32,000 nucleotides of DNA from contig NZ_LGHJ01000024.1 of the NCBI RefSeq assembly GCF_001306055.1, positions 60,001 to 92,000 of the forward strand, read 5' to 3'. Positions within the stretch are counted from its first letter, which is position 1, and every line of letters starts with the position of its first letter. Both the position numbers and the translations under genes were made by a program. The DNA is from Bellilinea caldifistulae. Its GTDB lineage: Bacteria > Chloroflexota > Anaerolineae > Anaerolineales > Anaerolineaceae. Under the pieces are notes generated by a model. That model saw only the letters and a list, made by a program, of their open reading frames with translations, had not been told where the DNA came from and searched no databases. Below are positions 7,973 through 16,494 of this stretch, piece by piece.

Positions 7973-9351
7973 TGAACACCGATTGGCAACCGCGCAACAT
8001 GCGTACTTTTCTGGTCATCTGGATAGGTCAGGTGATCTCGATTATCGGTTCGGGTCTCACCAGCTTTGCGTTAGGTGTGTGGATCTTTCAACAAACCGGC
8101 CAGGCCACTCCGTTTGCGATTACGGTTTTGTTCGGGACATTGCCACGTATCTTACTGACACCGCTGGCGGGCTCGCTGGCAGACCGTTGGAATCGACGCT
8201 GGTTGATGATTCTGGCGGATAGCGGTAATGCGCTGGTCACGCTGGTGGTGGTATTTCTGGTGATGACCGATTCATTACAAGTCTGGAATATTTATCTGGT
8301 AGCGCTGGCCGGTGCATTGTTTGCCGCTTTTCAAGAACCGGCTTACACCGCCTCGATCACCATGCTGGTACCGAAAAAGGATCTGGCGCGTGCCAGCGGT
8401 TTGATGCAGGTAGCCCAATCTATGGAGATGCTGGTTGCGCCATTGCTGGCGGGGATTCTCTTTGGAGTGATTGGGTTGAGAGGCATTGTTCTGATTGACT
8501 TTCTCACCTACTTTTTTGCGGTGGGCGCTTTGCTGATTGTGCGCATTCCGCAGCCGCCGCTAACCACTCAGGCTGAGCAGGATGGGCGGGGTAGAATCTG
8601 GCGAGATGCCCTGTTTGGCTGGCAGTACCTGCGGCAGCGCCGGGGTTTGTTCAATTTATTGCTGTACTTCGCACTGGTCAATTTTCTGTTGAACCTTGCC
8701 AGTGTCCTGACCGGGCCGCTGGTGCTTTCGTTTTCTACCCCGGCTGTGTTGGGTGCGGTTCAGACGGCCACTGGTTTTGGTATGCTGATTGGCAGTTTGG
8801 TTTTGGGGGTATGGGGCGGCCCAAAGCGGCGGATTTACGGGGTGATGGGTTTTATCGGGTTGGGCAGTCTGGCTGTTTTGGTGATTGGCCTGCGGGCCAA
8901 CCCCTTCTGGATTGCGGGCGGCTTCTTCGTGTTCCTTTTCTCGATTCCGATTGCTTCGGGATTAAGTCAGGCGATTTTTCAGACCAAAGTGGCTCCCGAT
9001 GTACAGGGCAGGGTATTTGCCATCCGCAGCCTGATCTCCCGCTCGATCATGCCGCTGGCTTTTTTAATGGCGGGTCCGCTGGCCGATCAGGTATTCGAAC
9101 CGTTGATGCAAGCGGGCGGATTGCTGGCCGAGAGTTTGCCCGGCACGCTGATTGGGGTCGGTGCCGGGCGGGGCATCGGCCTGATGTTTGTGATCTCCGG
9201 TATTCTTTTAATGGTGGCGACAGGATTTGCTTTTCTGAATCCCTCCATCCGTAATCTGGAAATTGAATTACCGGATGCCTTACCGGAAGAAACCTTAACC
9301 AAACCCATGCCGGAGCAAGTCCCGCCGGTGACTGCACTTGCGGAAGATTGA
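7969..9351 (+). CDS. MFS transporter (MFS_3 / EntS-like type, about 12 TM)
   Basis: 460 aa. It has an MFS loop 2-3 motif (GSLADRWNRRWLM) and about 12 hydrophobic segments. Tandem ATGs at 7969 and 7972 overlap the ArsR stop (ATGATGA). GGAGG sits at 7963..7967. Confidence 0.85.
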   Translation: MMNTDWQPRNMRTFLVIWIGQVISIIGSGLTSFALGVWIFQQTGQATPFAITVLFGTLPRILLTPLAGSLADRWNRRWLMILADSGNALVTLVVVFLVMTDSLQVWNIYLVALAGALFAAFQEPAYTASITMLVPKKDLARASGLMQVAQSMEMLVAPLLAGILFGVIGLRGIVLIDFLTYFFAVGALLIVRIPQPPLTTQAEQDGRGRIWRDALFGWQYLRQRRGLFNLLLYFALVNFLLNLASVLTGPLVLSFSTPAVLGAVQTATGFGMLIGSLVLGVWGGPKRRIYGVMGFIGLGSLAVLVIGLRANPFWIAGGFFVFLFSIPIASGLSQAIFQTKVAPDVQGRVFAIRSLISRSIMPLAFLMAGPLADQVFEPLMQAGGLLAESLPGTLIGVGAGRGIGLMFVISGILLMVATGFAFLNPSIRNLEIELPDALPEETLTKPMPEQVPPVTALAED

Positions 9352-9370
9352 AATTTACCAGACATACCCA

Positions 9371-10312
9371 TCAGAGCGTTTGATCCGGTTTGTTTTTGCG
9401 CAGGTTGACCAGCAGGGGTAAGAACAAAGCCCCCGGCAGACTGGCGCCTACAAACAGCAATCGCATCATCAGGCTGAGGGTGAGGGTATTTTCCAGTGGC
9501 ACGCCCCCAAAAGTGTGATAGAGGTAGGAAATGGAAACTTCTTGCAAGCCCAGTCCGTTAATCGAAATCGGCAACAGGGTGATGAAGTAGGACAAACTCC
9601 ACAATCCGCCAATCTGCCAGAAATCGAGCGGTGAATTCATGGCCTTCAACAACAGGCTAACGCTGATAAAAGTACACCCCATGTGACCCAGGGTGGCGGC
9701 AAAAGCCCCTATCAGGCCGAGCGGGTGGCGCAGCCAGTGCCGCAGGCTGGCGAGAACCTGGCTGAGGAATTGCCTGATTTTCTCAAACCAGCGCGAGGAG
9801 AAGGGAAGAAATCCCGCTAATAGTCCGCTTAAACCGGCGGTCGGGTTATTCAAAATACTGAGTAAACCGGCCGGCAGCATCACCATCATGCCGGCCATGC
9901 CGATCAACCGGTCGGCGACCAGCGAAGCCGCGCTCAAACCGGCATCTACCCGCAGCATGACAGCCCCCGCCAGCCGGACGACATCGCCCCCGATTGTGGA
10001 AGGCAGAAAATTGGAGGCAAACAAGCCGACAAAAACCAGTTCAAAGATTTCCTTGAAAGAGACCGGGGCCTTTGCCGAGCGTAGCAGAACGTACCAGCGT
10101 AGCACCACACACACGCGGGAGAGCAGCATGATTCCTAGGGTCAGCAAGAACACCGGCAGTGGGATACGCCTGACGGCGGCAACGACTTCCTCCCACCCCT
10201 GCTGACGCACCAAACCGATTAACAATATCACGGAAAGAAGCGTCCCTCCCAACTGGAAGATTGGTTTCCAGTTGAAAGACCGGCTGGTTTTGGCAGGGGG
10301 TTGATGGCTCAT
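9371..10312 (-). CDS. Flippase-like membrane protein with a lysylphosphatidylglycerol-synthase transmembrane (LPG_synthase_TM / UPF0104) domain
   Basis: The ORF-track entry 9371..10402 was trimmed to ATG 10312 (MSHQPPAKTSRSFNWKPIFQLGG), which forms an ATGA overlap with the stop of the upstream gene. The family-like motif is VFVGLFASNFLPSTIGGDVVRL. About 8 TM segments. Confidence 0.75.
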   Translation of the reverse strand: MSHQPPAKTSRSFNWKPIFQLGGTLLSVILLIGLVRQQGWEEVVAAVRRIPLPVFLLTLGIMLLSRVCVVLRWYVLLRSAKAPVSFKEIFELVFVGLFASNFLPSTIGGDVVRLAGAVMLRVDAGLSAASLVADRLIGMAGMMVMLPAGLLSILNNPTAGLSGLLAGFLPFSSRWFEKIRQFLSQVLASLRHWLRHPLGLIGAFAATLGHMGCTFISVSLLLKAMNSPLDFWQIGGLWSLSYFITLLPISINGLGLQEVSISYLYHTFGGVPLENTLTLSLMMRLLFVGASLPGALFLPLLVNLRKNKPDQTL

Positions 10313-12303
10313 TTTGGCACCAGCACTTGCAGGTTTTGCTCCCCAAAATAGGCTTCTTCGCCATAATATTCTAAAATTGGAAAGGCGATGCGGTCCACCC
10401 ACAGGTTATTTTCTTCGGCAAAGGGGTCAATTTTTGGCCTCTGATAACCGGGGTTCAGGCGGTCTACAATGATCATTGAAAACCGCCGGTTCCGCAAATC
10501 GGCGTAGAACCGTTCCAGGAGGGTGCGGTTATTGGAGATGGAAGCCTCGGAGAGCAAAAGCAGTTCATAATCGGCCACCAATGGGACATCTTTGACGTAG
10601 CCAAATGTCAGCAAGTGACGCTGGGAGATAAACAAAACCTCACCTCGTCGAGCTGCACTGCCAATCAGCTGGTTCAGGGTGTTCAAAGTGACCCGGGCTT
10701 GCTGCAGATCTTTGGGGGCTGGTAGTGAAAACTCAGCCAGTGACCAGACCACCGGTACACTGAGGGCCAGTAAGAGCAAGGCGGTGGGGCGCAGGGGGGT
10801 GGCGGATAAAGAAATCTGATCGGGGGTGGCTTTGCCGAACAGGAAGTACGCACCGATCAGCATCAACACCACAAAATAAGCATCCAGATTATGCAGATTA
10901 CTACCGCCGCCGATTTTGGTACTGACCACCAGCCCGCCAATCAGCAGCACCGCTCCAATTCCTGCCAGGCCGAGTAATCGCAGGGGATGCCAGCCGGCCG
11001 CCTGCCGCAAGGTGTTGAGGGCGATTAGCATCAGTAATGGCAGCGAGATGATCAAACCCAGCGGTAAAATCCCCCACCCGGAAGTGGCGCTGGGCATTAA
11101 ACGATGCCAAAGCAGTGAGGAAGTAAAACTGGAAGCGAATAAACTGGGGTCCTGATTACCGGAAAGGGGAATGTAGGCTGCCTGAGCGGCAAGCGCAGTG
11201 AGGAGACCAGCCGACCCCCATAGCAGCGGACGGGCAAAATAGGCAAAAAGATTGGGATGGTTCTGGTAGGGCGTTTCGAGAAGGTAAATGGAGATGGCCA
11301 GCATGGCCGGTACGGGAAACCAGTTGACCCGGCTAAGGCCGGCCCAGATGGACGCAATGATTACCATCCCCAGCGTCTGAAACGGGCGGCGGCGATGATA
11401 ACCGAGCAAGACCGGCAGGATGCACAGATGCAGGTGATAATAAACCGGCCCCTGCATCAGAAAGAGAAAAGCCCACAATGTCGTACCCGCCACCAGCGGG
11501 GCGGAGCGCAGGCCAAGCCGGCGGCTCAATGCCCAGCCGGTAGCCAGATTCATGCCGATCCACAAGATAACCTGCCAGAGGCGATGAAACCACAATGGTG
11601 AATCGGGGATGAGGTAGGCTAAACTGAGCAGCAAGTATCGGGAAGCATGCAGCGGAGAAAGTGGGACTGAGAAGCCGTAGATTTGTTTCGCAAACGGCAA
11701 TGAGGCGTAGTAGTACCGGCTGGCCTCCGACCAGCCCAGGGTAAAAGGATAGGGGCTGACTTTGGCTGCGTAAGTCAATAAAACGGCCAGAAAGCCGCCA
11801 ATCAGCATTCCCACACTGAGCGCCCAGAAATAACTGATCCGCCCGGCTGCAATCAGGAACAGGCAAGTTACACCGGCGGCCATCCAGAGGAGCCACAGAC
11901 GGTCGGTGAGGGCGGTGAAGTGCTTGACAAACAAGAAGTCCATCAAAAAAGCGGTCAGCAGCCAGCCGGCAACGTAGAACAGGTAGTTCCACCATCCCAA
12001 CCGGCTGAAAAATTGAATCAGCCGTTCAGCAAAGAAGGTCAGGCGAGGGCGGCTGCCGCTTTGTAAAGCGAACCACAGCAGCAGGCAGGTCAGGCTGATG
12101 AAGAAGCAGACGGCGATCAGCACACTCCACTGCCACGAGTAACGTACAATAAACCAGCCCGAAAAACGGCCTTTTTCAAGCAAATCTGGCAGAGTCAGCA
12201 GACCAAAAATACCGCCCAGCAGCAACCACACCCGGATTGCCAGCAAATTCCGCACCGGTTCGGCGGGCAGAGGCAGGGCAGCGGTTTCAACGGTCTGATT
12301 CAT
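10309..12303 (-). CDS. Large polytopic membrane protein (about 664 aa, at least 14 TM) with a C-terminal soluble domain. Candidate GT-C-like glycosyltransferase, unverified.
   Basis: The ORF-track entry 10309..12393 was trimmed to ATG 12303 (MNQTVETAALPLPAEP), giving a 17-nt overlap with the upstream GT2 gene. The protein is extremely hydrophobic for about 520 aa. The loop GWSEASRYYYASLPF loosely resembles the ArnT DETRYAEIS loop. The C-terminal roughly 140 aa are soluble (EVLFISQRHLLTFGYVKDVPLVADYELLLL...). Confidence 0.7.
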   Translation of the reverse strand: MNQTVETAALPLPAEPVRNLLAIRVWLLLGGIFGLLTLPDLLEKGRFSGWFIVRYSWQWSVLIAVCFFISLTCLLLWFALQSGSRPRLTFFAERLIQFFSRLGWWNYLFYVAGWLLTAFLMDFLFVKHFTALTDRLWLLWMAAGVTCLFLIAAGRISYFWALSVGMLIGGFLAVLLTYAAKVSPYPFTLGWSEASRYYYASLPFAKQIYGFSVPLSPLHASRYLLLSLAYLIPDSPLWFHRLWQVILWIGMNLATGWALSRRLGLRSAPLVAGTTLWAFLFLMQGPVYYHLHLCILPVLLGYHRRRPFQTLGMVIIASIWAGLSRVNWFPVPAMLAISIYLLETPYQNHPNLFAYFARPLLWGSAGLLTALAAQAAYIPLSGNQDPSLFASSFTSSLLWHRLMPSATSGWGILPLGLIISLPLLMLIALNTLRQAAGWHPLRLLGLAGIGAVLLIGGLVVSTKIGGGSNLHNLDAYFVVLMLIGAYFLFGKATPDQISLSATPLRPTALLLLALSVPVVWSLAEFSLPAPKDLQQARVTLNTLNQLIGSAARRGEVLFISQRHLLTFGYVKDVPLVADYELLLLSEASISNNRTLLERFYADLRNRRFSMIIVDRLNPGYQRPKIDPFAEENNLWVDRIAFPILEYYGEEAYFGEQNLQVLVPK

Positions 12304-13258
12304 GGATCCGGTGATGGCCTGGCAGGAGTTTGCGGATGGTGTAGGTGGGTTTGCCCTGCGATTCGTGGTAAGTGCGCACCAGCAGTTCGGCAATCAGCCC
12401 CATCAAGATGGACTGAAAGCCGAGAATGAACACCATGGTGCTCATCTGGAAGATGGGTGAATCCAGCACCGGGATTTGGAAAAACACCCGCCGCACAAAT
12501 AATACCAGCAGGGTGATCAGGCTGATCAGAATCAGAATGAAACCCGCCCCGCCGAACAGGTAAATGGGTTTATTACCGTAACTGCTCAGGAACTTGACCG
12601 TGATCAAATCCAGAATGACCTTGATGGTGCGTTCCAAGCCGTATTTGGCTTTGCCGAACCGGCGCGGGTGATGGCGCACGGGCACTTCGAGGATCTTTGC
12701 CCCAACTGAGTGGGCATACACCGGGATAAACCGGTGCATTTCCCCGTACAACTTGAATCCGGTGATGACCTCGCGGCGATAGGCTTTGAGCGTGCAGCCG
12801 TAATCGTGTAAGTGAACGCCGGTTGTTTTGGAAATCAGCCAGTTGGCGATGCGTGAAGGCAGTGTACGGGTGAGAAATTGATCCTGACGGTCTATCCGCC
12901 AGCCGCTGACCACATCATAACCCTCTTGCAATTTTTCCAGCATGTGGGGAATGTCAGCCGGGTCGTTCTGCAGGTCGGCATCCAGCAGAACGATCATTTC
13001 ACCGCAGGAGTGGTCAATGCCGGCGGCGATGGCAGCGGTTTGCCCAAAGTTGCGCCGCAGCAACACACCCCGCACGTGATCGGGATCGGATTGGTGAAGT
13101 CCTTCGATGATGCGCGGGCTGGCATCCCTGCTGCCGTCATCTACCAACACCATTTCCCAGGTCAGGTTGAGCGGGTCTAAGGCCTGATGGACTGCCTGGT
13201 GCAGTAAAGGTAGGGATTCTTCTTCGTTATATACCGGGATGATCACCGAAAGGTCCAT
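12287..13258 (-). CDS. GT2 family polyprenyl-phosphate glycosyltransferase (GtrB/ArnC/DPM1-like architecture)
   Basis: The ORF-track start at 13264 is TTG, so I prefer ATG 13258 (MDLSVIIPVYNEEESL). GT-A motifs are present: VDDGSRD and LDADLQNDP (DxD). Two C-terminal TM helices (IYLFGGAGFILILISLITLLVLFV and MSTMVFILGFQSILMGLIAELLV) are characteristic of lipid-phosphate sugar transferases. Confidence 0.9.
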   Translation of the reverse strand: MDLSVIIPVYNEEESLPLLHQAVHQALDPLNLTWEMVLVDDGSRDASPRIIEGLHQSDPDHVRGVLLRRNFGQTAAIAAGIDHSCGEMIVLLDADLQNDPADIPHMLEKLQEGYDVVSGWRIDRQDQFLTRTLPSRIANWLISKTTGVHLHDYGCTLKAYRREVITGFKLYGEMHRFIPVYAHSVGAKILEVPVRHHPRRFGKAKYGLERTIKVILDLITVKFLSSYGNKPIYLFGGAGFILILISLITLLVLFVRRVFFQIPVLDSPIFQMSTMVFILGFQSILMGLIAELLVRTYHESQGKPTYTIRKLLPGHHRIHESDR

Positions 13259-13296
13259 CACCAACCTGTGCCTGCGGGAATTTTGGAAGAATTAAA

Positions 13297-14445
13297 TTAT
13301 ACGCCCACTTTTGCCTTTATACCGGTCAGCATTACCGGCGGAAAGGGGATGCCGTTATACCGTTCGAGCGAGTTGGTGTATGCCCCGGCCGGGAAGATGT
13401 ACAGGCGGTCGCCCAGCGTCAGGCTGGCCGGCAGGTACACCTCGCTGCGAATGACGTCGGCACTGTCGCAGGTTGGGCCACTGACGATGAAAGGAATCCG
13501 TTGCTCGTCTTGTTTTTTGCTGAGGATGTTGTAGGGAAAGTGAAACATCTCCAACCCTTCAATCAAGCCGTGAAAGACGCCGGTGTCCACATACAGCCAT
13601 TCATGACCATTGCGGCGGGCGCGGTTGATGACCGTTGTCACCATCACGCCGGCATCACCGACCAGCCCGCGGCCGGGTTCAACCCATAACTCAGCCTGAC
13701 CGCCGAACCAGCCCTGCCAGCGCAGTAGAACTTCTCGGGCGATTTCCTCAACCGCAGGGACGGGTTGGTCGAATTGGGAGGGAAATCCACCGCCGATGTT
13801 GATACAGGAAAGCGGGCTGCCGTTTTGCTGGAGGGCTTTCCAGAGCGGGCGCAGGCGTTCCAGCGCCCGTACCCACGCCAGCGGATCGCTGTTTTGCGAA
13901 CCGACATGGAAAGTCAATCCATGGGGTTTCAAACCCAGCCGGATGGCTACTTCGAACAACCGCAGAGCTTCTTCCGGGGAGATGCCAAACTTGCGTTCCA
14001 GCGGCCAAAAACTACCTTCGTTATCCACGGCGATGCGCGCTGTCAGCAGTGCACCGGGAGCAAGGCGCGCCAGTTTTTCCACTTCCAGTTCCGAATCAAA
14101 GGCAAAAACCCGCACGCCAAACCGATAGGCCTGCTCGATGTGTCGCGGGATTTTGGTCGGCGCGCTGAAGATCATCCGTTCAGCAGGCACGCCCGCAGCC
14201 GCCAACAGCTCAATTTCACCCCATGAAGCCACATCAAAGTCAATCCCTTCCTCAGCAAACAATTGCAGCACCTGCGGATGATTATTGGCTTTGACGGAGA
14301 AAAAGACCCGTCCGCCCGGAAAAGCAGCCCGAAAACGGCGCGCGTTCTCCCGCAGGCGGTTTTCATCCAGAACCAGAAAAGGGGTTTCCTCAATCCGCAC
14401 CCCGGATAATAAGCGGTGAATTTCGTCCAAAGAATACAGGCTCAT
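13297..14445 (-). CDS. Type III (alanine-racemase fold) PLP-dependent decarboxylase, ornithine/lysine/DAP decarboxylase family
   Basis: The ORF-track start at 14472 is TTG. ATG 14445 (MSLYSLDEI) has a GGAG 7 nt upstream (revcomp of 14451..14454). Family motifs are present: FFSVKANNHP (PLP lysine), FHVGSQ, NIGGGFP, EPGRGLV, SGPTCDSADV and FPAGAYT. Confidence 0.85.
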   Translation of the reverse strand: MSLYSLDEIHRLLSGVRIEETPFLVLDENRLRENARRFRAAFPGGRVFFSVKANNHPQVLQLFAEEGIDFDVASWGEIELLAAAGVPAERMIFSAPTKIPRHIEQAYRFGVRVFAFDSELEVEKLARLAPGALLTARIAVDNEGSFWPLERKFGISPEEALRLFEVAIRLGLKPHGLTFHVGSQNSDPLAWVRALERLRPLWKALQQNGSPLSCINIGGGFPSQFDQPVPAVEEIAREVLLRWQGWFGGQAELWVEPGRGLVGDAGVMVTTVINRARRNGHEWLYVDTGVFHGLIEGLEMFHFPYNILSKKQDEQRIPFIVSGPTCDSADVIRSEVYLPASLTLGDRLYIFPAGAYTNSLERYNGIPFPPVMLTGIKAKVGV

Positions 14446-14569
14446 GGCAACTCCATTTCTAAATTCATTCAATCTACACCCACAAAAACGGGGATATTAT
14501 AACCGTACTTTCAGTACAATAATAATAACCGTTTGAATGGATTGCATAAACGTGGAAGGGAGGTGTGGA

Positions 14570-15457
14570 ATGAAGCTTCAACGGTTAGGATTACGCCAAA
14601 TGGGGCGGGCTCTTCTGGTCATTGGGTTTTGGCTGGCCGGTTGTGCCGTTCCGCCGCCTCCGGCTACCCCCACCGCGGAAGTGAGCGAACCAACCGCCAC
14701 GCTTACCCCAGTATTTACCGCAACACCGCTTCCCTCACCAACCCCCAGCCTGACCCCGACGCCGGCGGCCAATGATTTGAGCCTGCCGTTGCGGGTGGCA
14801 TTGTATTACCCGTGGCTGCCTGAGGACTGGGCGCAGATCAGCCCACTGCCGGCTCGCGGCAAATATGATTCCCGTGACCCGGCGGTAATTGAAGATCAGA
14901 TAAAGGAAATGAAACGGGCGGGTATTCAGGCCGCTGCCATGTTCTGGAAGGACGAGGAGGCGCGCCCTTTCCTTTCGGCCATTCTGCAGGCCAGCCGAGA
15001 GAAAGATTTTTACTGGGGAGTGCTGCTGGATTTGGAAAAACAAAGCGATCCATCTGCCGCCCTCATCCAGCAAGTTCTGGATGATCTGGCTCAATCCTTT
15101 GGCACCCACCCCAATATCTGGCGGCTGGAACGCCGAATTGCCCTGATTGTGGATGTGGATGAGGTGGATGATGGCTGTGGAATGGTCAGTCGCTGGCTGG
15201 AAGCCAACCGTGAACAGAAGTTTTACCTGATCATGCAGGTTTTTCAAAATTACGACCGCTGTTCGAGCCAGCCGGATTTATGGGTGGATTTGTATCCCCA
15301 AACCCCCATTGATCCGCCGCCAACCAACGCTCAGACCCTGCTGGTCAATAGCTGGAACGGCAGTGATCTGGCTGCCCTGGAACGCAGCATGATGGAGTGG
15401 GGTGCTCAGGTGCAAGCCGCCGGTGCACCGCGCGGATTACAGGTTGTCCGCGCTTAA
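14570..15457 (+). CDS. Lipoprotein with a GH99-like (endo-alpha-mannosidase-like) domain, apparently short and lacking the canonical catalytic Glu pair
   Basis: Starts at ATG 14570, with GGGAGG upstream at 14558..14563. The lipobox is LLVIGFWLAGC, followed by a Pro/Thr-rich linker. From my memory of MANEA-type sequences, ALYYPW...GKYDSRDPAVIEDQIKEMKRAGIQAAAMFW parallels the GH99 signature FYYxWY...GSYSSRDPSVIETHMRQMRSAxIGVLALSW. The region equivalent to SFNEWHEGT reads VNSWNGSD. Confidence 0.65.
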   Translation: MKLQRLGLRQMGRALLVIGFWLAGCAVPPPPATPTAEVSEPTATLTPVFTATPLPSPTPSLTPTPAANDLSLPLRVALYYPWLPEDWAQISPLPARGKYDSRDPAVIEDQIKEMKRAGIQAAAMFWKDEEARPFLSAILQASREKDFYWGVLLDLEKQSDPSAALIQQVLDDLAQSFGTHPNIWRLERRIALIVDVDEVDDGCGMVSRWLEANREQKFYLIMQVFQNYDRCSSQPDLWVDLYPQTPIDPPPTNAQTLLVNSWNGSDLAALERSMMEWGAQVQAAGAPRGLQVVRA

Positions 15458-15475
15458 AACGATTGGGCGGGGGGC

Positions 15476-16384
15476 ATGAACGTCGAAGCCGCAGCCGTGT
15501 GGGGGGAAAGCGCCGATTACTACCTTGAAGTGCTGCGGCGCAATGGACAAGGGTACACTGCCCTGGTGGAGGAATTGCTCTTCAAAAACGAGGCGGTTTT
15601 GGTGGGCGCTGGCGATATTGCGATCTGCGGCGAAGAAGGTAGCCAGTACACCGCTGAACTATTGGATCAGATTCCCGGCACGGTTTTCACCGCAGGTGAC
15701 AATTCCAATGAAGAGGGTTCAACCGCCAATTATCAGGTGTGCTTCGATCCGACCTGGGGACGACACAAAGACCGCATCTACCCGGCAGCCGGCAACCATG
15801 ACTTACTCACCTCACAAGGCGCTCCCTACTACGCCTATTTTGGTGAGCGTGCCGGGGAAGCGAGCAAGGGCTACTACAGTTTTGATCTGGGACAGTGGCA
15901 TGTTATCGTCCTGAACAGTGTTTGTGAGTATGCCGGCGGGTGCGGCGAGGATTCGCCGCAAATGGAGTGGCTGAGAAAAGACTTGGCCGAACATACAAAC
16001 CTTTGTACGCTGGCAATCTGGCATTACCCACTGTTCACCTCGGGAACACGTGGCGGTAATGAGGTGGTGCGCCCATTCTGGAAAGCGTTGTACGAAGCCG
16101 GAGCAGATGTGATCGTCAACGGACACGATCACCACTACGAACGATTTGCGCCGTTGAATCCGGATGGTCAACCTGACCCGGATCGAGGCATTCGCCAGTT
16201 TATTGTGGGCACCGGCGGGGCCGGATTGCGCGGGATTGGTGAGGTGGCTGCCCACAGCGAAAGACGCATCCTGTATACCTACGGCGTGTTGAAACTGGTG
16301 CTGAAAGGCAATGGTTATTACTGGGAATTTATGCCGGTAGCCGGCATGGGTGCAACCGACAGCGGCAGTGGTGTTTGTCACTGA
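15476..16384 (+). CDS. Calcineurin-like metallophosphoesterase
   Basis: 302 aa starting at ATG 15476. Motifs: GAGDIAICG, TAGDNSNEEG, AAGNHD, WHYPLF and NGHDHHYERF (GHxH-type). No signal peptide is visible. The gene is in the same reading frame as the upstream lipoprotein gene, separated by a single TAA plus 6 codons. Confidence 0.85.
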   Translation: MNVEAAAVWGESADYYLEVLRRNGQGYTALVEELLFKNEAVLVGAGDIAICGEEGSQYTAELLDQIPGTVFTAGDNSNEEGSTANYQVCFDPTWGRHKDRIYPAAGNHDLLTSQGAPYYAYFGERAGEASKGYYSFDLGQWHVIVLNSVCEYAGGCGEDSPQMEWLRKDLAEHTNLCTLAIWHYPLFTSGTRGGNEVVRPFWKALYEAGADVIVNGHDHHYERFAPLNPDGQPDPDRGIRQFIVGTGGAGLRGIGEVAAHSERRILYTYGVLKLVLKGNGYYWEFMPVAGMGATDSGSGVCH

Positions 16385-16393
16385 TAATTTGGG

Positions 16394-16399
16394 TATAAT
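16394..16399 (+). promoter_or_regulatory. Candidate -10 hexamer upstream of fba
   Basis: GGGTATAAT lies at 16391..16399, with the hexamer ending 95 nt upstream of the fba start. The same 9-mer recurs upstream of the 17579 gene. There is no convincing -35: TTGTCA is only 13 nt away. Confidence 0.25.
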
Positions 16400-16494
16400 T
16401 GAGTAGCCGCAGATCGCAACATTTCCGCCGTTTTCGCCTGCCGCTTGAATTTGCGGTGTGAGCGTTCAACCTACTTGTTACGGGAGAGTGTCAG

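Noticed and set aside
10313-10402. Extension of the flippase-like ORF to 10402, and similarly of the 665-aa ORF to 12393, the GT2 ORF to 13264 and the decarboxylase ORF to 14472
   Set aside because: The first two extensions overlap the 3' ends of the upstream genes, while the internal ATGs chosen give short ATGA or 17-nt overlaps. The 13264 and 14472 starts are TTG codons, whereas the internal ATGs give a canonical GT2 N-terminus (13258) and a GGAG-preceded start (14445).
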